From NCBI RefSeq assembly GCF_000143415.4, contig NW_003314284.1, positions 1,222,693 through 1,286,692 of the forward strand: a stretch of DNA of 64,000 bases, given 5' to 3'. The translations under genes were made by a program, and so were the position numbers. Below are positions 39,646 to 51,300 of the stretch, piece after piece. This stretch comes from Selaginella moellendorffii (taxonomy: Eukaryota > Plantae > Lycopodiophyta). The notes beneath the pieces were generated by a model that did no database searches, had not been told where the DNA came from, and was given only the letters and a program-made list of their open reading frames with translations. The first letter of the stretch is position 1. Every line of letters begins with the position of its first letter.

Positions 39646-39699
39646 AACTTTTTATTTCATGTAGATGGCACATATGAAGGCTCGCAAAGTCACAGGCGA

Positions 39700-41249
39700 C
39701 TAGTATGCATCTTTGGAGAGTTTTGGAGTAGCAACAGCCTTGAGCAGTGGGGTCTCTGGCCAGAGAAGAGAGCAAAAGCCTTCATCGATCGTGAGATCCT
39801 TGACAGCTCTCGGGATTTCTGCGCTCCAGTCGAACGCATGGATCAAGCTCGAGACCGCGAACTGAGCCGTCTTGAGACCCATCGTCATGGCCGGGCACGA
39901 CCTCCGCCCAGATCCAAATGGAAGAAGCTCGAAATCCTGGCCCCGGACGTCCACGGCCGTCCCGGCGAATCTCTCCGGGAGAAACTCGAGTGGATTCTCC
40001 CAGTAGCTTGGGTCCATCCCGATTGCGTAAGCGTTGACAAAGAGGGTGGTGCCTTTGGGTACGTCATAGCCACCAACTTTGCATGCCTGTGTGGACATGT
40101 GAGGGACGAGCAGCGGGGCTGGAGGGTGTCGCCGGAGCGTCTCCTTGACGATGCATTGGAGGTATGGGAGCTTCTCCAGATCGGATTCCTCCACTCGTCG
40201 GTGCAAACCCACGACTGCCTCGAGTTCTTGCTGGGCCTTCTCCAATATTCTTGGGTGGCGGATCGTCTCCGTGACAGCCCACTCGATCGTCGCGGAGGTG
40301 GTGTGGGTGCCACCATTGAGCATCTCCTGCGATTGCGAGAATGGAATCGATTCGTCCAGTAGAGAGAGAAGAGGGGACTTCCATGGCTTACTTGCACCAT
40401 TGCTTTGACAAGCTCTTCGTCGTCTGCGTAGTTCGTGAGCATGATGTGTGTGAAGTCTTCCACCGCGTTGGCCTGCAAACGCGCGGCTTTGTGCTCGTCA
40501 ACTATTCTCTGGAAGAACTTGTCCATCTTCGCGGCCAGCCTCTTGAGCTGTGGGACTGTCCAGTCGATCCATCGCAGTCTCTTGGGCACAAAGTCCGCGA
40601 TGTGGAACTGCAGAGTGACGTCAACGATGCCGACAACTATCTCTTTAAACTCTCTCGACTCTTTGCAATCGCCGGTCCCGAGAAACCTCTTGCTCATCAG
40701 GATCTGTGTGATGATGTTGAAGATGAAGATGGAGACGAGCTTCCTCACGTCCACGACGCCGTTGTCCGAGCTCTCGCGAGCCACTGCGGACAACAAAAGC
40801 GAGACCTCGGCGGCCCTCACGCTCGCAAACGAAGCCATGCGCTTGCTTGTGAAGAGCTGGAGCGTGCACAGCTTCCTCATGTTCCTCCAGTGCTCGCCGT
40901 ATGGGGCGATCCCCACGATCCGGAAGTTGTAGCCCAGATGCTCTCCAGCAACCATGTAGGGCCTGGAAGCAAACGCCACGTCTTGCGTGTGGAGAACCTC
41001 CCTCGCCATCTCCGCGCTCGACACGACGATCGCACGGGTCCATCCCAGCCTCAAGAAGAGGATCGGTCCCAGCTTGTTGGAGAGCCTCTGGAGAGTGATG
41101 TGGGCGTCCTTCCCAGCGAGATGAGCCAAGTGTCCGATGAGCGGAATCCCCAATGGAGACGGGGGCAGCCGAAGCTTTGGGCGAACGCTCAACTTCCAGA
41201 GAAAGATCGCGATGGCAATGGCGATGGTACTCAAGACGTAAACCCCCAT
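39700..41249 (-). CDS. Cytochrome P450, CYP71 clan (A-type); exons 41249-40392 and 40326-39700, ~494 aa
   Basis: TM anchor, 'LPPSPLGIPLIGHL', 'WRNMRKLC', single phase-0 intron before the I-helix 'GGTHTT', 'KETLR', 'PERF' and heme motif 'FGSGRRSCPA'. Confidence 0.93.
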
Positions 41250-42289
41250 TTGCGCGGGAGGGAGCTCTAGGATTCGAGAGGCTGGCTCTGGCCTTTCGAG
41301 CGGAGCTGTGGGGTATAAGTGATGCATGGAACCCAAGCAACGTCATCCCTTGCCGGCACAGAAGTTATCAACTTGAAACACTCCTCATGAACGTTCAAAT
41401 TGGAATTTTTTGACATTCCAAAACTGTAGGATATCCTTACAAAAATTGTGGCGAAGTTTCAACTTCACCTGAGAAGAATCGCCAATAGATGCCGGCGGCC
41501 TCCACGAGACAGAGCCAAGAAGGTGGCGCCCAACGATGGCCACTCCCATCATCACCAGCTCTGCGAGGGCCAGTAAGATTGGAACTGCCGTCTGGAAGAT
41601 TGTGCGTCCACCATGCCCAGAAGCCTGGCCGCTGGAGAGAGAAAAAATGCTGTCTGCCAAGAACAAAAAACAAGAGACAACCTTTAGCTAGCTGTCTGCC
41701 AAGAACAAAAAACAAGAGACAAGAGCGATGAGGGCGGCCTGATGTTTCACTTGAGTGATCAATTAGACCACGACTGCCAGAGCAAGCAACCCCGCTTGGA
41801 ACACCAAAGCAGTCAATCCCGCCTACAATGCACGAAAGATTCAAACAAGCGTTTTGCAAAATCAATGGAGAGCTTACTTTCAAGAGCACCCCGAGTTTCT
41901 CGACGTCCTGCTGAGCGAAGAGAGAGGGCCGAGGGAATCGTAAAGCTTACCTTGCCGCATCAGAAAAGGACAGCGTCTTCCATGAGCCAGAGCCTTTAGA
42001 TCTCTCCAAAATGAAATTGCACATTGGAACCAACGAGAAACTTGGCCAAGTGATAGAGCTGGACCGACTCGTTGGTGGCATTCCATCGAAAAGTCCACTC
42101 AAACATGTAAATCAATAGGAAGAACAAGAGAACTCATACATACAATTTGTTTTAAAGCCTACTTAAAAGGTAAGACAAGTAAAAAAACAAGTTTGTTTCC
42201 TTGGTTTATTCAAGAAGTTCTTGAGCATTCACAAAAGTTTCCTTGAGCAGCAGCGAGAAAAGAGCAAAGGACGAGACCTTTGTCGTGGA

Positions 42290-42475
42290 TCTCTTAAGCA
42301 CGGCAGTGTGGAGGGCGCCCGTGCCGCCTTCAATTCGATCGTCTATTCTCGTGGAATCTGCTGCTGGGGGCGTATCCCGCAACGGCATTCTACCATACAA
42401 TTAGGCAATCTTGAATTGGCGTGAAATCTATTCGATTGCGTCCTGGACAGGAATGTGATTTCCTGGACACCGATA
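42290..42475 (+). pseudogene. PPR gene fragments
   Basis: 'KHGSVEGARAAFNSI' and 'GNLELA*NLFDCVLDRNVISW'. Confidence 0.5.
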
Positions 42476-43380
42476 TGATCTATAAGACTATATACAACTC
42501 TTTAAGCTGTATGTACAAAGGAGCAATCCTTTGCTCCCTTCTCTGGTGAAGTGACCTTTGGTTTTTTTCTTTTGGAAAATACGCAAGTCAAACTCATAAA
42601 TAGTATGGAAATGCATCAGCCCAAGCGATGCTAGAAAGTCCTTGACTCAATCTTGTCCAGAGATGTAGTGTCGTGGAATGCGATGATCGCAGGATATACA
42701 TCACAAAGATGCTAGATCATTTGCTTATTTGGATTTGTATGCCACCTCATGACTATAAATTAAAGATTGTTTTAGTATCTATAATAATAAGAATGAAGGG
42801 CCCAAACCCCTGCAGCTGTCCGATCCTGGACCTAGGGCAGCCTCAGAAGCCATGGTTCTTGGGAAAGGGAGGCCACCCTAGGCCCAGGCCACGGCCAGTG
42901 GCCATAGTTAGCGGAATATTGGCTCAATGTTGTGGTGGCCAATGGGTGGGATGCATGTGTGGCCAGGGAGGGAAGAGGGTGTGGTGACAAGTGTTACACC
43001 ATGCACTCCTAGGGCTCCATAGTTGCTCTCCTTGGATGTAGTTGTGTGGGCATTCCCATGAGAGTCTGTGTGTCTGTAAGCTCCTAGAGGAGGTGCTCAC
43101 GGGGATAACAGGGGTGAGTAGAATGGTAGTTGTGCACACAATCCAAGCTCCTTTCGGGATAAACTCGCTTGCATGTGGTGCATGAGCAGCACCACAGGCA
43201 GGGCTGGTGAGGGAGTGCACCAGAAATGAAGAGTGCTCAAATCCTGGAGCTGACTGGCACCATGGCAGTGGGTGTGGGTGATGCAAGGTCTGTGAGTGAC
43301 CTGTGTGTGTGATCTGAAGGCATCAAAGGAGTTCTTTGAGCTGTCAAAGTAAGGGAAGCTAAAGAAGCTGAAGTATGCTG

Positions 43381-43845
43381 CTAGTGATCCTCCAGCATCT
43401 GCTTGAAGAGCCTGAGAGCCGAGGCTACGTCTCCCTGGTGGCAGTAGCCAGCGATGATCACGTTCCAAGTCACAGCATTGCATCCCACGCTGGCTGCCAA
43501 GTCAAAAACTTCAAGAGCTTCTGCCATGCAGCCGCACTGTCTGTAGAAGCCCAGCAGAGAATTCATGACGACCACCTTGACTTCCATCTCAGCATGATGG
43601 ATCTGCTGGTGGATGGCCCTTCCGGTCTCCAGAGCTGTGGAGCTCCTGCAGGCCCGGAGCGTAGCAGTGTAAGTTGGAGCATCGGGTACCATGACTTGGA
43701 CTTGCTGTATCCACGAGAAGAGATCTAATGCAGCTAGTGCTTGCTCCGCCTGGACGTATCTGAGCATCAGCATTGTCCACGAGACAACTTTGTGCCTCTC
43801 CATCCGGTTGAAGACTCTCCACGAGTCCACCTCTTTGTAAACCAC
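43381..43845 (-). pseudogene. PLS-class PPR gene fragment
   Basis: 'VFNRMERHKVVSWTMLM', 'PDAPTYTATLRAC', 'NSLLGFYRQCG' and 'VTWNVIIAGYCHQGD'. Isolated and truncated. Confidence 0.75.
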
Positions 43846-46529
43846 CTAGCATTTACTGGGCAAGTACTCATACTCTCAATAAGATCAGAAAAAGTAAGAA
43901 TACTATTTTTAGTATGATTTATATATTCCACCCACTATCCCTATTATACATTTGGAACCCAACTATAATACTGAAGAGAATGATAAAAATAAGAAATGTG
44001 AGGGCCAAGTGTATGCTGCATATTAATATTAGCGTAGTGGGATTTTGGTAGCCGTTAGATTGATTTTAATCCGGACCACTCACTCCTGTATATAAATTAG
44101 GGTTTTTGGGCTATTGATATACATATTTTCTATATTCCCTTTCCATATTCCAAACACTCACATTGGTAGAGTTGAAAGGCACCTTTGATTGTCCTTGAAA
44201 GGTGCTTGGATTTGGGATTTTAGTTTAGATTTAACTTTTGCATCATCTAAATCTAACTTTTTTATATCCTTCCTTTTGTTCTTTCCTTTCAAAATTTTGG
44301 TTTAGATTTAGTTTTTTGCATTGTCTAGATCTACCATTTCCTTTTAGCTTTTTTCTCTTCTTTTGCTCTTTCTTTTTCGTTCATCTTCATGGAAGAACAA
44401 CAATCTCCTTCTTTGACTTTGGAGTAGCAGTTGGTACAATTGCTTGATGCTATGCATTTGCAATTGAACAACCAAACTCAATTGATGGTGGCGTTCACGA
44501 CACGTGGTACCACTCCTGCTCTTGGTGCCAATCCTCGCGTTCGGCCGGAGTTCTTTCGCGGGAATCCTGGGGATGATGTGTACCATTGGTTTAATCACTT
44601 CACAGTGATTGCCACATATCATTCTTGGGACAATGCTCGCCATTTGCGTGAGTTTCCCACGTGTCTCTAAGGGACAGTGTTGTAGTGGTACAATGGTTTG
44701 AGTGCAGCCACTCGTGGGGATTGGAGTGTTCTCCCGGACATCTTCAAACGCACCTTCGGACATGCCGATGACTGTGATGATGCCTTCCAACAATTGTATC
44801 ATCTTCGCCAAAGGCCATCTGAGTCGGTGATGCAATTTGGTGTTCGTTTCCGAAGTCTTTTGCTTCATGCGAAGCCAAATATGTCAGAGTGGATCAAGCT
44901 AGAAATGTTGTGGCCAGCACTTTGTCAAGATCTGGTCGGACTTGTCCATGCACTTGCTCCCGCCACCCTTGACGATGCTCTTCACTTGGCACAACATTAT
45001 GAGACGTCACCTCTTCCACTTCTTGCTGCACGTCTTTCAGCTCCACTTCTTTTGGGTGATGGTTCTGTTCCAATGGAGGTTGATGCTGCTATTGCTTGAG
45101 TCCAAGGATAAAGTCGAGGACGTAGTCGTGGTCGTGATGTTTGCTGTTGGGCGTGTGATGAAGTTGGTCATACTTATCAGCGTTGTCGGCGGTTTCCGGA
45201 TTGGCGACCTCCATTTCCTAGGTGGAGACCTTGGTGTCAGCAACGTCCCGTTGGTGCTGCTGCAATGGATGGTTTGGACACCAAGATACATCTAGGAAAC
45301 AAGGAGTCGTGCGAGTAACGGAAGGACCTTGCGCGAATAAGTCAGTGACCCCTCCATCTTTCTTTCGGGAGTATCATCAAGGGGTTCACTCGGCACCGGT
45401 TCATCCAGTGTTTACTTTCCAATCTCATTTTTATAACAAGAGGTCTCCTATTATTCTCTCCGTGTTGGTTGATACAGGTTTGAGTTTATCTTCTATTGCT
45501 CGACCTGTTGCCACACATTGCCGTTTACACTTGCGTCGTGCAGTGGAACCAATTTTCATTCTTTATGGCAACGGCCGTACGCATGCATGTGCACGGGATG
45601 AGGTGGACCTGGTTGTGCGTGTGGGCGATCTCGAGCTTGAGTTGCAGTCATTGCGGGTGGTGCCGAGTCAAACTTTTGACCTCATTCTTAGTATAGATTA
45701 GTTGCAACGCAATCATACCAAGTGTGATTTTGAGGCTTCTCCCCCTTGTCTCATACTTTCTTATGTTACATCCATTCCTCTCACTTCTGTACCTCTTTGT
45801 CCCTCTTCTTCTACCTCTGCTTCCATTACTTTTATTCCCCCACTATTTCCTCCTATATTTCCATCATGTTTTGTTCTTCCCTTTTCCAATCCCTTTGACA
45901 ATCTTTGTGTTGCAGGGGTGGACCGGCTCATGAAGGAGTATTCTGATCTCTTTGAATTTGACCTATTGTTTGGGGCCAAGATTGCCACACGTCATCCAAT
46001 TCCAACCGAGGATGCTCGTCCAATCAAGGTTCCCGTTCGTCATCGGTCACCCAAGAAGATCAAGATTTTATGTGCAAATGTCAAAGAGATGTTGGAGAAG
46101 GGTGTTATTCGGAAGTCACAGAGTCCTTGGGCATGTGAACCTCATCTTGTGACAAAGCCTGATGGGAGTATTCATTTCTGCATCGACTATCGTCCGTTAA
46201 ACGAAGTGACGATCCCAGATGTGTACCCTCTTCCTCATATTGCTGATCTCTTGGATCGTCTGGGGCGAAATCGTTGGTTCACCAAGCTAGATCTTGCTTC
46301 TGGGTACTGGAAAGTATCGATGGCCAAAGAAAATATTCCTAAGACTGTTTTTCGTACACCATTTAATTTGTACAAGTTCTTGGTGATGCCATTTGGTTTG
46401 AACAATGCTCTAGCAATTTTCCAGCGGATGATGGACGAGGTTTTTTGCGATATGTCAGAGGTGACTGCTAACTTCATTGATGATGTCTTGATCCACTCGG
46501 AGGGGACATGGGAGTAACATGTTCGTGAT

Positions 46530-48302
46530 TGTGAGACACAAAATCCCTAGGCCCCAAAGTGGAGCCGGAAGGGCGCCACATGGTAGTGGCCGAAGCGAGA
46601 GCCAAACGAGCGTAACACGTTTGGACCAAAAGCTCCGACTTGAAAAGTCAAAAGCGGGAGTGGAACTCCCAACGAAGTGCTCGAGGAACGAGCACAAAGC
46701 GAGCAAAAGGCGAGGCTCCAAAAAGGGACCCAAAAGGACCAACACATGACACGTGGGAGTGTCCGAGATGGACTCGAGTTGGAGTCCGAAGTGGAGTCCG
46801 AGATGGACCCGAGTTGGAGTCCGAAGTGGAGTCCGAGATGGACCCGAGTTGGAGTCCGAAGTGGAGTCCGAGACGGACCCGAGATGGAGTCCGAGATGGA
46901 GTCCGAAGTGGAGTCCGAGGTGGACCCGAGATGGACCCGAGTTGGAGTCCGAAGTGGAGTCCGAGATGGACCCGAGATGGAGTCCGAGATGGAGTCCGAG
47001 ATGGAGTCCGAGGTGGACCCGAGATGGACCCGAAATGGAGTCCGAGATGGAGTCCGAGATGGACCCGAGATGGAGTCCGAGATGGAGTCCGAGATGGACC
47101 CGAGATGGACCCGAGATGGAGTCCGAGATGGAGTCCGAGATGGAGTCCGAAGTCGAGACCGAGACCGGGACCGAGACCGAGACCGAGACCGAGATCGGGA
47201 CCGAGACCGAGACCGAGGCCGAGGCCGAGACCGAGCCCGAGCCCGAGCCCGAATCCGAGTCCGAATCCGAGTCCGAGTCCGAGTCCGAGTCCGAGTCCGG
47301 AGCCTGAGAGGGTGAAAGCCCAAAGCGTTCGTCTCCCAGACCCTGGGGGGTTTGGTGAGCTCCAAAAGTATAGTAGGGGGAGGACTGCAGTGGAGCCAGT
47401 TTGGCCAGGAAAGGCCAGTTTGGCCCAGGAAGGCCGGACCCAATGTTGGGTGATGAGCTGCCCACTGGGAAGTCCAAGACTAGAGTGAACACAGACCGAC
47501 AAGCAGGGTAGCTTGGTGAAGTGTTCAAGAGCCGGCTCTAGTTCCCCCGGGAGATCGACTGGCCGATGCTCCCAGTCCAAGTGTGGGTGGCACTACCTAC
47601 TTGGATACCTGGTGTGGCTCAACGGAACCCGCTCTAAGCCCATGGCTAGAGCACCCAAGGGCAGAAGGCGAGGAGAGTACCCAGGTGGCTCGCGTAAGGC
47701 CACGGTGTTCCGAAATGTTGTCCCAAAGGCCCAGACTGTGGAAAGGAAGAGGAGCAGTCCTCTGGGGTAGTGACCAAGGACACAGTCGTGTGGTGAGGAA
47801 GTCCCAGAGGACCGTGGGACTTAGTGGTCGGGCCTGTGGGTCTCGATCCAGTGGCAGTGTTGGCAAACACGGCCAGGGGCAGAAAGGGTCTTAGTGGGGA
47901 CTGACAGAGGGATATTGGGGAAGGCTATTCCCCTTGTCGGTGGGCATCCTAAGGATGCTAAGGAGTGGATCTGAGATGACCACTCACGGATGGTTTGCCT
48001 AGTCTTGGAGAGCCAAGACGGTGATGCAAGTGGTATTGGACTACCAGTGTGGCCAAGGTGATTGGGCATGGCCTTAGCGTAACGGGCTGCTATGTCGGTG
48101 GTACCTTTGAGTGTCGGTCATGGGATCGAACATGTGGTGCACTTGGACCAAGTGCAAATGTTGAGTGGCATGGATGCCATTCTCGGGGCTAGCAAGTCCC
48201 AAGTCCTGGATTGGACTTATGGAGGTTGTGAATGAGACTCCTCCAAGTGGTCAGAGGTGTGGTTAAGTGACTAAAGTAGAATGGAAAATTTAGTCGCTTA
48301 CA
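46530..48302 (+). repeat. 5' LTR of the nested element (1773 bp)
   Basis: Direct repeat of 52402-54150, followed by the PBS. Confidence 0.95.
46757..47300 (+). repeat. CCG-rich tandem array in the 5' LTR (11/12-mers GGAGTCCGAGAT, GGAGTCCGAAGT, GGACCCGAGAT, then hexamers GAGACC/GAGGCC/GAGCCC/GAGTCC)
   Basis: Directly visible periodicity; explains the low-complexity ORFs on both strands. Confidence 0.92.
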
Positions 48303-51300
48303 ATTTGGTATCGGAGCTGTTCCTTAGTCCGACTTTTATTGGTGCTCAAGTATATCACCACTGGTGTTGGCAACGGAAGGTCCGAGAAGTGGGCCTATCC
48401 TTGAGGAGTAGCAGGTCGGGAAGATATGGCTCTCCATTACAGTTCATGTGTGAACTTGTAGACAAGGTGGTGGATAGAAAAGGGCCAATAATGGAACGAC
48501 TTTGGGATCTTGGGAACAGTATATGGTTTTCCTCAAAGAGTTGAGGATGTGATCCAGATGAGCATTTGACTTAGCAAACTGGCTAATGTAGTTGTGGTAA
48601 ACAACTATAGTTGGGATCACGGGAAAGATAAAGACTCCAAAGCAATAAAGGAGTCACAAGATTTTCCTCATATAGTTGAGGTTGGTGCTCATGAATGTGA
48701 GACCAGAAGTAATGACCGTGGGAGGTCAAATACGGAAGAGGACTCAAGTCCTTGAAAAGGTAGCCGGGGCTACCTCTAATAAATGCTGGAACAACCCAAG
48801 GAGTTGGGGGTGTATTAAGTGGATGAGTTGGTGTTCTCATCACATGGACAAGTAGTCCTAAGGGGCAAAGGTTGCCCCTTGAGAACAAAATCAAGTGTCG
48901 GAGTAACATTTGTGAAAATAGTCCTTTTGAGTAGGACAGGAATGCAAGAAGTGTATTCCAGTGAGCTAGTGCCTCACAAGTAGGACCTTACGGGTCTGTG
49001 GATTAACCAAGTCCAAAACTGCTGGATGACTCAAGTAGAGTCAACGGATGGTCCTAAAAGGACTGATGGAAGCATTTGGACTGAGGTGTGTTGTACCCCA
49101 CAAAGGATGGGGGGGGATCATAGGATCCAAGGATGAGAACAGAGGGTATCTCATCGATGGCAAAATGTGCCATGCTAAAGTTATGGGAAAGGTGTTCCCA
49201 GAAGAAAACAACTTTGACATAAAGTTGTGTGTGACCTCTATGGTGCAGTGCTAACGGATGGTTGGCATGAGAAAGAGCGGTGTTGGTCTTGGCAAAGACT
49301 TAGACACGAAGGGGAAATGTCATAGAGGTAGGCTCGTGGAGCCGATGGTGTGGAGACACCAAATGTGCTAAGGTGTGATACCTTGAGGCTATGTTGGTGG
49401 GTTCATGAGAACCCCTTGCCAAAGGAATCCCAATGGAAATGGGAATAGCATAGCCTAAGCTGCAGAGCATGCAGTTGGAGTGTGGTGACCCAGATAATGA
49501 TGGAGGTGTGAAAGCACCAAGCAATGAGTTGTAGTACTTGACAACTACAAGGCAACTAAGCAAGAGGTGCAAAATAACTGGTTAAACGGGTAGAAGGTAG
49601 CTACCCAAAACTTCTTAATAGCATAGGGAAGTTGGATATACTCTTACGGGGGATAAATTGCTTGTGTTGCGATATAGTAAGTCAATGTCATAAAAGGAAA
49701 TACTCATTGTCAAGAAAGCCATCATTGGGACACTCGAACACTCTAAAACACCAGAAGGTGGTGTTTGATGTCGCGAGGGCAATGGATAAAGCCCAAGGGA
49801 CTAAGTCCCTAGCGAATGATGGATAGAAGGTGCTATCCAAATGTCCAAGGTTGCGGAGACAGGACAGGACTGTCTACCCGAGTTGGACAAAACCAAAAAT
49901 GGAATTTTGGCAAGGCTAGTGATGGGCATGTAAAGGCCCATAAGCAACAATGTAATCCCAGTGTGTGGGATTATAAGGTGAGTATACCCGGATTGAGGAA
50001 CCACTCCCTAGGCTATTGGGTAGGTTCATCCCTAAGAATACTTGCTAAAGCATGATAGAAAGTGCAAAGCTATCCTCCTGGTCTGGAGGAGAATGACCAA
50101 AGGAAAGGTGTGAAGCCAAAAAGCAAGAAGTAAGGGGATAGAACCGAACCGTAGGAATCAAAGGGCATAACCAAGGTTGGTTATGCCAGTTGGGAGTGGA
50201 GAATCAAGTGGGGGCTCGAGGGTGTTGCCGCTAGCAACCGTGATGCCATGGAGAGTCTAAAATATGGAATTGTCCATGTTAGACTATATGGCAATTTGGA
50301 AGGCTTGCAAAAAGGGAGGCCTTAGCAAGCTGAGGGACAGAGTTCCTTCAAGGTTCCCAAAGACGATTCTAGGTAGCTTAGTACCTAGAAAGGCCAAGTG
50401 TAAATGGTTCATGGAACGCGCGAAATCAGAGTGGCGCAGCAGAAGCGTGGTCTTGAAGCTTGCCATGAGGCAAGGCTATCAAGGTTAGGGAAGTAGTTCC
50501 CGAGTGTTCAAGGAGAGGGCTTTGAACGAAAGTCGATGGTCAAGGACTTTCACGCTTATGCAGGAACCATGTTACAGTGGTCGGAGGACTTGCCAAGCGA
50601 GATTGGCACGTCGGGGGAACAAATACCCTAGTTGAAGGTGATAACTTCAAAAAGGGTGGGCCATGGGGCCGAGCATGGAGGAGTCCATGCATGATCACAG
50701 ACATGTCAAGTGAGAGGACTCGGCAGTGTGGAGGAACTAGGTTCCTAAGCTGTGATCTGTAGCGCGCTTTAAAAATAAGTTGGTGCACCGGCGTGGGGAG
50801 TCACGCCAGGCATCTTGTGTGATGCCGTCCGTAGATGCATATACGGAGGTTGGGTTCGAGTCCCGACCCTCTAGTGCTTGGGTTCGAGTCCCAAATCACT
50901 AGGGCGTGGTGATGGTTTGGAATATGAGGACACTCATATTTCGGTGGTCATGGACTCTCAGTGGGGAGATTGGTTTGGGCACACCGCCAAGCGAGGGATG
51001 CCTCGGAGTCGTGATGCACGGTTAGATTGCTTAGTGTGAAAGCTCGGCATATCTAACTTGAACGCTTTGGTGCGTGTGGCACCAAGGACGTGGTGAGTGA
51101 GATGGGGACACCTAATCTCAGTTGTTATGGACCCTTGGCCGGAAGGGCTGGCTTGGGCGCACCGCCAAGTGTGGGGGATGCCCCCGGGGTCGTAGTTAAC
51201 AAATTAAAGGTCTGGAAGACCTAGTACCTATTGGCAAACCTGTTAAAGTGCCGAGGTGAGATCACTAGGTGATCTTGTGGCTAAATAAGGACAAGGTCCT

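Noticed and set aside
36268-41249. Biosynthetic gene cluster (SDR plus P450)
   Set aside because: No scaffold-forming enzyme, and the SDR resembles nucleotide-sugar enzymes. Adjacency is explained by local shuffling.
42790-43375. Possible solo LTR between PPR fragments
   Set aside because: No clear TG..CA ends or TSD identified.
46757-47300. CRISPR-like appearance of the repeat array
   Set aside because: No unique spacers and no cas genes; eukaryotic LTR context.
46455-47580. Long ORFs on both strands (SPRW, MESE, RS, SD and LG repeats), repeated at 52339-53428
   Set aside because: They arise because the LTR tandem array lacks stop codons in most frames. No real domain, and several ORFs run across LTR boundaries.
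50786-50880. Bona fide tRNA (tRNA-Sec-like) gene
   Set aside because: No 7-9 bp acceptor stem and the anticodon-position loop is 6 nt. Reported only as tRNA-like.
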